From the human T2T-CHM13v2.0 reference genome, Homo sapiens: a stretch of 64,000 nucleotides of DNA. The notes beneath the pieces are model-generated. The model saw only the letters and a list, made by a program, of their open reading frames with translations. It had not been told where the DNA came from and did not search any database. Made by a program: the position numbers and the translations under genes. Every line of letters starts with the position of its first letter. The stretch's first letter is position 1. Shown piece after piece: positions 19,882 through 58,193 of the stretch. The stretch lies in the NCBI RefSeq assembly GCF_009914755.1, contig NC_060934.1; one strand, given 5' to 3'.

Positions 19882-20171
19882 AGAAATGGGTCTCACTTTA
19901 TTGCCCAGTCTGGTCTTGAACTCCTACACTCGAGCAGTCCTCTCAACTTGGCCTCCCAAAGTGCTGGGATTACAGGCATGAGATACTGTACCTGGTCTTA
20001 TTTTTTTCTTTTCTTAAGATACAGGGTCTCAACATCTGGCCCAGGCTGGACTCAAACTGCTGAGCTCAAGTAATTCCCCCACCTCAGCCTCCGAAGTAGC
20101 TAGGACTAAAGGCATGAAACCACCATGCTTGGCTTGTCCAATTTCATTCTACACACTTTCTCGGTATTTAA

Positions 20172-21290
<1,119 letters not shown>

Positions 21291-21465
21291 GAACTGTAAC
21301 CCTCTTATCTCAACTAGCTGACATTATTACTTCACATCCAGTTCAATTTATAAATTAAGAGAGGTGCCATGGGCCGGGTACGGTGGCTCACGCCCGTAAT
21401 CCCAACACTTTGGGAGGCCGAGGCAGGTGGATCACGAGGTCAGGAGTTCGAGACCATCCTGGCTA

Positions 21466-21885
<420 letters not shown>

Positions 21886-22015
21886 TTAGTTTATGAAAAG
21901 TACTGAAAATGCTATTACTAGCTGAATTTGTGATTTCCTTTTGAAATTCTGAGTTATCCTTATTTTTCCCATTTTGTTTTTGCACCAAGGAGACTGCAGT
22001 CAAATAAAACAGATA

Positions 22016-45180
<23,165 letters not shown>

Positions 45181-45279
45181 CTACTGTCTGCCACCACCTG
45201 TGCCTCTGCTCACAGCTTTGGCCACACACTCCCACTGTCCTAGGCCGAGGCTATGCTGCACTTGCAGAGATGGTCTTCC

Positions 45280-45440
45280 CGCTCCTCGCCTGCCCACCTC
45301 ACAGCGCGGCCCCGGGCACCATCCCTGGCCCCGGCCCCGGCCCCGGCTAGGGCTGCGGGTCAAGGCCCACACCCTGCTGCCTCCCCTGAGTTGACTTGTC
45401 TGGGAGGGTGAAGACCAGCTGGCTTATTTAATAGGTTGTG
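45280..45440 (-). promoter_or_regulatory. GC-rich AGAP5 5' region with (GGGGCC)3, a 7-codon uORF (45322-45299) and TATA-like TATTAAAT (about 45433-45426)
   Basis: Motifs read directly. The transcription start site cannot be determined from sequence. Confidence 0.5.
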
Positions 45441-46504
45441 AACCCAACAAGCGCTGAGAGACACAACAACTGCCTGAAGAGAGAACAGACGGAGCTCCTC
45501 CTCCTTCTGTAGTCACCTACAGACTGAAGCCCACTGGCCCCAGGTGGGAGCCCAGGCATGTGGCACAGAATGCCCCACCCCACACTTCACAATGCCCTCC
45601 CCGACACCTCACAGTGCCCCACCCTGCCTGCCACCCCTCCCCAACAGCTCAGAATGCCCCTGCCTTGGCTGCCCCACCCTGTGGCTTATGATGCTGCTGC
45701 TCTCCTGGCCCCTCGTGCAGTGCCAGTGGGACTAAGGTTTTCATTCATCACCAACTTCCTGAGATTTTAGTCCTAAGAAAAGCACAGGGTAGTTCATTGC
45801 TTGAAGCCATCTTCCTCTATGAGTTCTATACAAAGCCTCAGTAGAGTGGGTCCCATTAGCAACCAAGTTGAACAACTTTTATTTGCTGACTGAATATAGA
45901 TACACCTGAATTGTTGACTGCTTTTGTAACTAAACACTCCTCTCCTGTCTTCCAACGAGTGGTCATTTTTGTCCGCAACGTGACCACAGCAATCCCTGCG
46001 GCCCTAGCTCTACTCTCAATAAAGAGTTATGGCTGTGTGTTTTGAATGACACCTTAGGACCCATCCTGCCTCCACCTCCTTCTCCATAAAATAGAAACCT
46101 AACTTGTCCCTCCAAGCTCTGAAATGCTGAAACTTACCAACTCCCTTTTCTCCCCGCTATTTCTTCCTTCCATGGCAGGGACTTTCAGATTTTCTTTCTT
46201 TTACTAACAAGGCACTAAGCATGATTTTCTCATACAGAATCGAGAGCCATAAAGTGGCTTACCACAGTCCTATTTCAATAAAGATGAATACTTGACATCT
46301 GGCAAGTAGTGTGTGCCTGACAGTGTCCCCACTGTGCTATGCTCATTTAACCCTCAGAAACAATCTCATGTTACAGATTTTACAGAAGTTGTTGAGACGG
46401 AGAAGGTAAGTAACCTCCCCAAGGTCACATGACTGCTAAGGGTGGGGCCCTGGTTTGATCCCAGGTAGTCTGAATTCCCCAATTGCTTAAGCATGATTAT
46501 CAGA

Positions 46505-47192
46505 AAGTATAGCAATCTGTTTTCACACTGATATAAAGAAATACCTGAGGTTGGGTAATTTTTAAAGGGAAGAGGTTTAATTGACTCAGTTTCACATGGC
46601 TGGGGAGGCCTCAGGAAACTTACAATCATGGCAGAAGGGCAGGTCCGACTTACATGGTGGCCGCACAGAGAGTGGCAACATGTGAAGGAGCAACTGTCAA
46701 ACATGTATAAAACCATCAGATCTCAGCTGGGCATGGTGGCTCACACTTGTAACCCTAGTACTTTGGGAGGCCAAGGCAGGTGGATCAACTGAGGTCAGGA
46801 GTTTGAGACCAGCCTAGCTAATGTAGTGAAATCCTGTCTCTACTAAAAATACAAAAATTAGCTGGGTGTGGTGGTGCATGCCTGTAATCCCAGCTACTCA
46901 GGAGGCTGAGGCAGGAGAATTACTGGAACTCAAGAGGCAGAGACTGCAGTGAGCCAAGATCGTGCCATGGCACTCCTGCCTGGACAACAGAGCAAGACTC
47001 CATCCTAAAAAACAAAACAAAACAAAACCCTATAAGATCTCATGAGGACTTACTGAATATCACAAGAACAGCATGAGGATAACTGCCCCCGTGATCTGAT
47101 CACCTCCCCCTAGGCCCCTCCCTCAACACATCAGGATTATGGGGATTATAATTCATGATGAGATTTGGGTGGGGACATGGCAAAACCACATC
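46505..47192. mobile_element. MaLR (MST/THE1-type) LTR interrupted by an Alu
   Basis: gaggtttaattgactcag..., gatgagatttgggtggggaca...aaaccacatca terminus. Confidence 0.8.
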
Positions 47193-47400
47193 AGAAAGTA
47201 AAGGTAGAAGTCAAGCTTGGATGGGAAATGACATTGTAGATTATTATTATTATTATTATTATTTTGAGATGAAGTTTTGCTCTTGTTGCCCAGTGAAATT
47301 GTTTCTCTAATTTCATTTTCAGATTGTGTCTTGTAGATGTATAGAAATACAATTGATAAATGATTCTGGCTATTAACGTTTTATGCTTCAACCTTGCTGA

Positions 47401-47643
<243 letters not shown>

Positions 47644-49500
47644 TAGGACTACAGGCATGAGCCACCGTGCCCAGCCAGATTCGTATATTTTTAAAAGAAT
47701 TTTTTTTACTTTTTTTTTTTTTTTTTTGAGACAGAGTCTCACTCTGTTGCCCAGGCAGTGGCACAATCATTGCCCACTGCAACCTCCACCTCCTGGGTCC
47801 AAGTGATTCTCATTCAAGTGCCTAAGCCTCCCAAGTAGCTGGGATTACAGGATCCCGCCCCCATGCTCAGCTAATGTTTGTATTTTTAGTAGAGATGGGG
47901 TTTCACCATGTTGCTCAGGTTGATCTCGAACTCCTGACCTCAGGTGATCCACCTGCCTTGGCCTCCCAAAGTGCTGGGATTGCAGGCATGAGCCACCACT
48001 CCCGAACAGAACAACATTTTTTTGATGTGGATTTTAAAATGCCTCCCCTTCTTTCAACATTGATTAAGTCCCTTCTACATGCCAGGCACTGTATGTGTGA
48101 AATAGTCCCAACTCTCAATGAGTGTAGGCAGATACACAAACAAAGGCTTAAGGAGGTCAGTTTTCTGAGACCATACTGCTGGATAGTATATGAACCTGGG
48201 ATACAAATCCACCTCTATTTGACCTCAAATTTGATGCTGGGGTGGTTTTAATTTTATTCTGGGAATTTCAGTCATTGAACCATAAAAAGGTGAAAAGTCT
48301 CTGTCAGATGTGTGTGTAGTGGTCTGTATAATAAGGACTGAAGGAAGCAACCAAACCAATTAAGAGACTTTCTCTAAAGGCAGAGTAATGCTAAGGGCAG
48401 TGGCAGTGACAAAAGTGGAGGAAAAAATCTGTGATCATTTGGGAGACAGAATAGGAAGTGCTTGGTCATGAGATGTGAAAGAAGAGGGGAAGTAGAAGGA
48501 AAACAGAGCTGCTCAGGCTCTGCTGGGGAAGACTGGGTATGTAGCAGTGCCTTCCTCCTGGCCGAGAATGTAGGAAGAGAAATAGGTAAGGAGGAAAAGA
48601 TAGTTTTTTACTCTCAGTGTCACATTAAAATGGAACTCTCTGGTCAAAAGTTGAATATAAATCTCTGTAGGCTAAGTCCATTTGTGACATCCCAACATAT
48701 GTTTTCAAAAATAACATACTAAATCAAGCCATTAAGTGTAACTGGGGAAATTTCCTAAAATTTACATGCTAAAAAATCACCATTTTTCATTTATTAGTTT
48801 CATGGAGCAACTTTGAATCTATGGTTACAGCAAGTGAGACACCTTGTATAAAATAAAACTAATACATGAAAAAAAAACATTTAAAATTCTATTGTTCTCA
48901 GAGAATGGAGAAAGCAATTGAAGCCATGGGCGTGGAGGTGACTGCCTTGAGAAGTTGTGTATAGTAAGGAGAACTGGGAAGAAAGAAGACCTGGAGAATA
49001 GGGTGATTTACACGGCATTAAGTGAAGCTTGCAAAAGTGAGCACTGAGAATCAAGAGACCTGCGTATGAATCAGGAATGGCTGCTCCTATGAGTTGTTAG
49101 AAAGGAGATGATGCCTTCTTTTCATATCTATAACAGCAGCACCTAGCACAGTGCCTGTTCAAAGTAGTGAACTGGAGGTGAGAAAACAATCACACAAACT
49201 CAGGGCTTGTCTTCCCAAGTATTTGGCTGAGAAGAGAGATGTAGTATTAAAGGGAGATATGTGGTAAAGGAAGACTTTTATTCCAAGATTCAACAAAAGC
49301 GTGAGTATACTTCTATGTTAAAGGGAAAGAGCCAACAGAGAAAACACATTTTTGAGGTTAGAAGAGAAGGAAGAACTAATGCAGAAGGGCCCCAAAAGGC
49401 ACAGGTGCATGCAATCCGGATCAGGGACAGATTAGCTTTGGACTCCTACAAAAGCAAGAAGGGAGAAAGGACCATGTGACTCTAGAGATATTTCTGGTAA

Positions 49501-49731
<231 letters not shown>

Positions 49732-51271
49732 TAGTAGAGACGGGGTTTCACTGTGTTAGCCAGGATGTTCTCGGTCTCTTGACTTCGTGATCTGCCCACC
49801 TCGGCCTCCCAAAGTCTGGGATTACAGGCGTGAGCCACTGCACCCGGCTAGACTTTAAAAAAAAAAAAACTACTGTGGGAAAAAGGATATTATGTATAGA
49901 AAAGTCTACACTTCTTGATACAACTAACTAAAAAAAGCCTGATACACTAAACAAAACCCAAATAATGTCTTCCCTAAAAGTGGGTAACTTGAAAAGCAAT
50001 TCAAGCAAAAATCAAGGAGTTCAATTATAAATATCAACAAAGTGAAAGATGGGTTTAATTTTTCCCACAAAAAGTTAAAAGAAATAACAGCAGCTTTAGA
50101 GGAAGAGGAAAAAATGAGAAAATTATATGCAGTTGCAAAATGTGTGAATATTTACAAACTCTAACATATAACTACAAAACGGACCAGAAGAATCATTATC
50201 ATAGGAAGCAAAGGGTCATTTCAAAAATCAGAGGAGGGATGATTCATATTTAATTTAATTCTGTGGAAAAAATTTAAGTAACGTTTGAGGACAAAAATAG
50301 GTGATGTGTTGAAATGCGGGAAACCACAGTGGAAGGAAAAAGAATTCAAGAAAGCTCAGTTTCAGTAACCAGTATCCAGTAAAAATCCTCAGGACCTAGA
50401 GGCTACAATCTACATTAATAGTGTCTGAAGACCTAGAAATGTCATTAAATACCATTTTGGATAATTCTTGTAGACTTGAGATGATGTCTATTTAAAGTTA
50501 CAAAATAGTGCCCATATTTCTGTATTCATTACAGAAAACAATTGGATATGGAAAAGAAACTAACATGCTATGCCACAATCTCTAAAGAAAGATTAGGGAA
50601 GTTTCAGCTTAAAGCAAGAATAATCACAATAAAGTTTTACAACCCTTTGCAAGCATATATGAAAAACATACAAAAAGTTTGTAATGATCTTTTCTTAAGC
50701 TAAGAGAACAGAAAAAATGAGAAAAATTAAATTATAAAATGAAACTTTGGTTTAGAGGTAAGAAACATTTGATGACAGTCAAGAGATCAGGGTTGTACAG
50801 TGTATTATGTGAATGTTGTGACTCATTGGTTTCATCTTGGATATCATAACTTGACATTTTGTAAAAGTGATTTTTCATGGGAGTTTTTTCAGGTGCCCTA
50901 TAAAGTCCTGTCCCATGAGAAGCGAATAATAGTCTTCCACATTCTTGAGATATCTTAATGAATAGCATCTTCTACAGTCTTCCATTGTTTTGACCTTGGA
51001 GAGACACTCATTAGTGACTGTTAAGGTACCTGAGTTATTAGGTGCCTGTAGACTATGCCCAGTGATATGTGCATTAGGTACATGCTCCCTAGCTGTGCTG
51101 ACACTGACTGAAGCTGTGAGGTTTCACAATGACATGTCAGCCAAATACATATGCTCAGATTTACCATTTATCAAGAGGTGTTCACACTATCAATTGTGCA
51201 ATTATCATTCTACACACAGGAGTGATAAACGGAGTAAAAAACCACAGCCATGGATCGGGAGACCAAGGTAC

Positions 51272-51443
51272 CTCCAGAGGAGTCCAGTGGGTCCAGAAGC
51301 CCTTTGGATGTTGGTCAGAGGCTCCTCTTGGGCAGAGATCACAGCAGCAGCCAACAGGTCTGGAGAAGTCCTTAGAGTTCTCATGGACAAAGTTTGTGAA
51401 GGCATCTTAGACAAGATCTTGTCTTTGCTGGTTTTATGATCCT
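51272..51443 (-). ncRNA. Candidate non-coding exon (172 nt) of an upstream read-through transcript (BMS1P4-AGAP5-type)
   Basis: TCTGCAG acceptor and GAG/GTACC donor around non-Alu sequence. The assignment is inferred from locus knowledge only. Confidence 0.3.
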
Positions 51444-51921
51444 CTGCAGATGGGTCTATTCTCATTATCTCAGCCACCTTTCACTTCCTATCAGTTCAGT
51501 TCAGGTCTCTCATGATCCCAGGCAGCAGTAGTTGTTATCATGTGAGTTCATTCATATATGTTTATCTCTTTGGGGATGGGGGGACAACTTCACTGTGGAC
51601 TTAATTCTACTGGAGATGAGTGACCCCATTTTAAGACAATAGGATCACAAATTATTATCACATATCATCAGGGCAGACAATAGCTACAACCTGGGGCTGA
51701 AAGCAGGTAACTCCATTTATTCTGCAAACATTCTGTCTTGATTATGGTGCCAGTTGCTGTGAGGGATTTCCTTTCCACCACCTGTTTTTCACAAGGTTTG
51801 AGTCTGAACTGTTAACATTCTACTGATTTCTGGGTGAAGGGACTGACTGCACCATCCTAGCCTGTCAGAGCACTTGCCCCAATACTTCCACTTTAAGAGT
51901 TTTCCACCTTGTCCAGAACTA

Positions 51922-52293
<372 letters not shown>

Positions 52294-54064
52294 TCAAGTA
52301 CACACCCACATCCCTCTTATCCCAAATACCAAACACACAAAAATCCAATCTGTCTCCTTCTACCTAAGCAATTGTAGATAGTCACTTTCCCATAATTACC
52401 TTAAGCTCCCTGACTTGCTGCTCGTCCTTTCTCTGGCAAAATCTCATCCTTGGATGAGCCCGACTTCGTGTTTGCTCAATGACACCACTCACCTGAACCA
52501 GAAAAAAATATCAAAAAGTGGTCAGAGATATCATCATAAATTCAAATTATTTACATAAAAAATTGGCCCTAAATGTTTCCAGAAATCAATAAAAGTTTTG
52601 TTTCTCCAAAGACATCATTTCTTCAGAAACCCAACGTGTATAACCTATTTTTTCTATGTTCTTCTAACATTTATTCAACTTCTCTCATCTGATATCTTGC
52701 CAAATCATTCAAAGAGAAAATATATCCCATTAGGCAAGAGCCGACCATATTCCCATCACCTGAGAAAATCATATGCACAGGATGCGCCCACCTCACCTTT
52801 CTCTGCCTCATCATGTCAGAAAAAGTACCCCTCCATTTGTCACAAGGCAAATCTGAGATAAAAGATTTAGATGGCCTGTAATTCCAGCACTTGGGGAGGC
52901 CAATGCAGGCAGATTATTTGAGTCTAAGAGTTCAAAAGAAGCCTAAGCAACTTAGGGAAACTGCATCTCTCAAAAAAATACAAACCATTAGCCTAGCATG
53001 GTGGTGTGCTGGCACATGCTTGTAGTCCCAGCTACTCAGGGTGGGGAGCACTGAGGTGGGAGGATCACCTGAGCTGGAAGGTTGTGGCTGCAGTGAGCCA
53101 TGATCACGTCACTGCACTCCAGCCAGGGCAACAGATATTTTTAAAAGGCTCTTCTCTTTTAAAAATAATCAAATAAACAGGTGGCCATGAGGCTGAGGTG
53201 GCTGCAGTGCACTCAATTCCTCCTTAAATAAACCAAAACTTGACTCAGTGTAAATAATAAAAGGAAACTTAAGCTTAACCAGTCAGAAACCACCAACTAA
53301 TATCTAACTAGAGACTTTCCACTGTAATGTTCCAAATGAGGCCACTGCTCCACTTTACCCAATCAAGTATTTTTTCTTCCACATTCACCATATAAAATTC
53401 TTCCCCCACCCTCCCTAAGCCTCTCTGTTGGAACTCTGAGCTGCTTGCAGTCTGGAGCTGCCTAGTTTATACATTTCTGAATGCTCAAATATATTTTCTA
53501 ATGTTTCAAAGTGGCTCTGGTGTAGGAGGTTGTTGGTGGAGTGACCTGAGAGTGTACAGGAATCGAGGCCATATGAGATCTCTGGACTCTGCACTCCATT
53601 TTGCTGTGCACTCAAAACTACTCTAAAATAATAATATATCTTTAAAAATCTATAACTATCACGTAGCCCTTTTCAAGTCTCCAACTGGTTGGAGCCAGTT
53701 CGATTAAAGCTCAGAAAAAACTGGTTAATAAGCTAGTTCTGACCCAACTGGCAAGAAGCGTTAGGAAAGACCAAGGCCAGGGGAGTATATTGCACATGCA
53801 TGCACCAGGAAACTGGAGGAAGCTTGGAGGCCCTTCAGCCTGGTCCTGAGCCCGCTGAAACTGCAGTTACAGGCACAGATGCCTGGGGCACCAATCTGAA
53901 TCTGCCAACATCCAAGGCCACATGAACACAAATGCGCAGAGTCTCCTCTGCGATCAGTAGCTAAGGATGTTAGGCCATGATTGGACTAGGATGGGAGATG
54001 AACTGAGAACTATAGATTCTGTAGGCTTTTGTTGTCTCTTCCCACCCCCAAGCAACAAGTGATG

Positions 54065-54065
<1 letters not shown>

Positions 54066-54101
<36 letters not shown>

Positions 54102-54745
54102 ACACACACACCCTGTAGTGACTAACAGGATCTCCCTCCAGGGAATTTGCAGAAAGGGGAGCAGAAAACATCCCAGGGGCCTTTCACAGCTACTTCCTTG
54201 AGCCCCCTTTCAGACAGTGCTGTCTAGACCTGTCTCAGCCCAAGCATCACCACCCTGATATGCAGAAGCTGGCATCCTTACCTGAAGTTCAACATCAAGA
54301 AATGATCTCTTCTACTCAACACTGATAGAAATACCTCTAAGCAACATCCTCATTGGCAGGGGTGGAGTGGGGGAGTTTGTTAAGAAGTGAGGCCTCTGTC
54401 TACCACCTAGACAACCTGGAAATTTCCATCTATGCCACAAAGTCCAAATCACTGGCCACTGCCCCAGTGTATGGCAGATTAGAACATCTCTCCATCGGAT
54501 CTGGGTTTCTATTCCATTGAGTGAAATGGCTTTTCTATTACAGGAACAGAATAAGGGATCAAAAGGGTCTTACAACTGAACTCCAGTGTACAGTCTGCAC
54601 AGACACTAGGCTTGTGCAAATATGACGCAGCGAGGCCCCAGGACCCTTAAGCCAGCTGAATGTACTGAGTTTCAGGAAACAGTGAGATACATTCAGCAAA
54701 ACAGTGGGCTTCATGCTGAAAGAAGTCAATCCAAGTAAACACACA

Positions 54746-54787
<42 letters not shown>

Positions 54788-55070
54788 CCTAGTGGCCAAT
54801 AGGTCCTCTCACCAAAAACCTGCGATCAGGAGAGCAGAAAGCCTCCCAGGGCTCCACCACTGCCCTTTCTGGAGCCCCTTATCAGACGGCCAGCCTCAGG
54901 ACAGCACTGTCTGATCCTGGTCCAGCCCAAACCGCCATCACCCTGTGATGTGGGAGCAGGCCACTTCACCAGAACCTCTGTGGCAGAAAATTTCTCTTCC
55001 TTTTAAAATGATGAGGGGGAACCTTCAGACAGTGTCCTGATTAGGGTGGGTGGAGAGGGGGGTTTCCCAG
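54066..55070. repeat. Ancient diverged direct duplication: two modules of about 300 bp, each headed by a (CA)n microsatellite
   Basis: 54066-54380 and 54748-55070 share ordered anchors (gagcagaaa.c.tcccaggg, gagcccc.t.tcagac, cagcccaa, accctg, tctcttc, tcct.att.g..gggtggag.ggggg..ttt). Confidence 0.65.
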
Positions 55071-56495
55071 AAAGTCAGGCAGGGCAGGGCAGAAGCCCTC
55101 TGGGTTAACTGTGTGCTTTTGATATGAAGGCAGGTAAGACTGGACAGGTGGGTGTGTTAGTGAGGGGATGGACTAGGGTGTGCTGAAGAACTCCACTTGG
55201 GCTCTGCACACCAGGGAAAAGGACCACAAAACATCCCATCTTCACTGCTCAGAGAAGGCTAGATCTGCTGTGAGCTAGAAAGCCATGTGGGGGCAGCTGA
55301 TGAGTCATCAAATGGGAGAAATCTGAGAGCCATGTGTTCCACAGGCCTCTGGTCCTTGTTCAGGCAGCAGGGCACTGTGAGATGTGGCTCCTTGGCCCTT
55401 TCCAGCCACCACCTTGATTGCCTGCTGCAAGGAAAGAGACTGAAGCCCAAGAATGGGGTCTTGCTCACCATAGGATGATGGCTCAGTGTGCAGAGCTGAG
55501 CTATGGCCCAAGAGGCAGAAGGTGGGGATGACCCAGGCTGAGCTGGGGGATCCAACTGAACATGCACTTGCTAAGAAGCTGTGGGCTATCATGCCTTGGG
55601 ACCCCAGTCTGGGTCTAGAATTGTAGCAAAACAGGCTACTGGGAAAAGTTCTTGGGAAGCCAACTCACTTTTGCTTTCATCCATGGGCAAACAAACCAAC
55701 CCCCACCACTTCCCACTCCCTCTGAAAGCCACTTGGCCCTCTGATCGACCACACCACAATGGTGTCACTCTGTAAGGCACAGGTAGACAAGGCATCCAGC
55801 CATGCACACTCCAGGGCCCACACATGTCCAGAATACACTGGTTCTTGTTGAGACTCCACTCTTCCAGCTCAGACAGAAGCTCCCCAATCTCCTCAGCCAC
55901 TCCCAACAACTGGAGGCCTGAAAACTTTCATGCATGCCGCTATGGTCTAAAGCACTTGTGGTGGTTTTGATTTTCATTTTCCTGATAATCAGTGATGCTG
56001 AGCACCTTTCCATATGCCTTTTCACCAACTGGATGTCTTCTTTGGCTAAATGTCTATTCAAATCCATTGCCCATTTACAAATCTGCTTTTTTGTGGGCTT
56101 CTTGACGTTTTTCTCTTTTTTTTTTCCTATTTATTTATACAAGTTCCTTAGGTATTTTGGATATTTTTAAAAATGATTTTCAATTCCACTGCCCAGTTAT
56201 AAATCTTTTTTTTTTTTTTTTTTTTTTTGAGACAGAGTTTTGCTGTTGTTGCCCAGGCTGGAGTGCAATGGTGCAATCTTGGTTCACAGCAACCTCCACC
56301 TCCCAGAGTCAAGCAATTCTCCTGCCTCAGCCTCCTGAGAAGCTGGGATTACAGGCATGTGCCACCATGCCAGGCTAATTTTTGCATTTTTAGTAGAGGC
56401 AGGGTTTCTCCATGTTGGTCAGGCTGGTCTTGAACTCCCGGTCTCAGGTGATCTGTCCACCTTGGCCTCCCAAAGTGCTGGGATTACAGGCGTGA

Positions 56496-56702
<207 letters not shown>

Positions 56703-57284
56703 TAATTTTTGTATTTTTAGTAGAGACGGGGTTTCACCATGTTGGCCAAGCTGGTCTCAAACTCCTGACCTCAGGTGATCCACCCACCTCGATCTCCCAA
56801 AGTGTTGGGATTACAGGCGGGAGCCACCACTCCCGGCCCCATTTTGTGTTTTAACATCAGTCAACACTCGTATTTTAAAATAATAACAATGAATGGCGGT
56901 ACCTTAGAACAAGGGAATTATACATCTTTCTCTTGTCCTAGTGCAGACATTTTGTCTATAAAATGTTATTCACAGATGAATTCATGAGAACTTTACTGTG
57001 AATTTTAAATCCATATACAAGTGTATGCTCGTTCATGAATATTTCAATAAAATAAAACTAACAGCAAAAAAGAATTCCAGAGTTGAAGCAGTTTCAGGAA
57101 AAAGGAGTTGGCAGTATAAAGTAAAATAGCAAAAAATGGGTTTTTTTTTAAATGGGTATATTTGTGTCTACAACTTTTTTTTAATTATAGCATTAGACAA
57201 TGTGTATATATATATATACATATATAAAGCAATGGAAGTGGCATTGTTTTCATACTAGTCTAGAATATTAAAATATATGTAATA

Positions 57285-58110
57285 TGTGATCAGCAAAATA
57301 ACGGCCCCCCCCAAAGATGTCCACAGATTCCTAGAACCTTACATGAAAATGGTACATCATGCATGTGACTCAGGTAAAGACCTTCACATGAGGAGACTAC
57401 CCTGGTGCTATGGAATGAACGTTGTGTTCCGTCAATGTTCATGTGTTAAAATCCTAACCCTCAAGGTGATGTATTAGGAGGTTAAGCCTTACATGAGACT
57501 CTGCCCTCATGACTGGGATTAGCACCTTATTAAAGGCACAAGGGAGCTTGTTTGTTCCTCTCCCCATGTGAAGACACAGCAAGAAGGAAGCCTCTATGAG
57601 AAAGCAGGCCTTCACCAGACACCAAGACTGCCGGCACCTTGATCTTGCACTTCTCAGCCTCCAGGACTGTGAGAAACAAAGTTCTATTGTTTATAAGCTA
57701 CCTGGTCTAATGCATTTCCTTGTAGCAGCCTGTATGGATTACGACAGTGGGCTATGTGGATGATGACGGTGTCTCCATTCAGGACTAAGTAAGCACATGA
57801 GTCCTTAACAGTGGAAGAGAAGGGGGAAGGAAAGAGCCACAGAGACATGTGGCCATAGAAGACAGGTCCATGGGATGCAAGGTTGCTAATGGTGACAGTG
57901 GAGAAGAGCCCAAAGCCAAAAAATGCAGGCAGACTCCAGAATGTGGAAAAGGCGAGAAAAAAGATCCCCTAGAACCTCTAGAGATGAAGGTAGCCTTTCC
58001 ACCACCTAGATTTTAGCCCAGTGAGATCCACATCATACTCTGACCTACAGGAGTGTAATAAATTTGTTTTATGCCCTGACATAGTGGTAGTTTGTTGTAG
58101 CAGCAATGGA
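57285..58110. mobile_element. MLT1-type MaLR LTRs, nested or adjacent
   Basis: ccttcaccagacacc..., gatcttgcacttctcagcctccagga.tgtgagaaa..., and a second MLT1 3' end at about 58000-58100. Confidence 0.7.
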
Positions 58111-58160
58111 CTAGGAATATATAAATATATATACACACACACACAAACACTACCCCCCCA

Positions 58161-58193
<33 letters not shown>

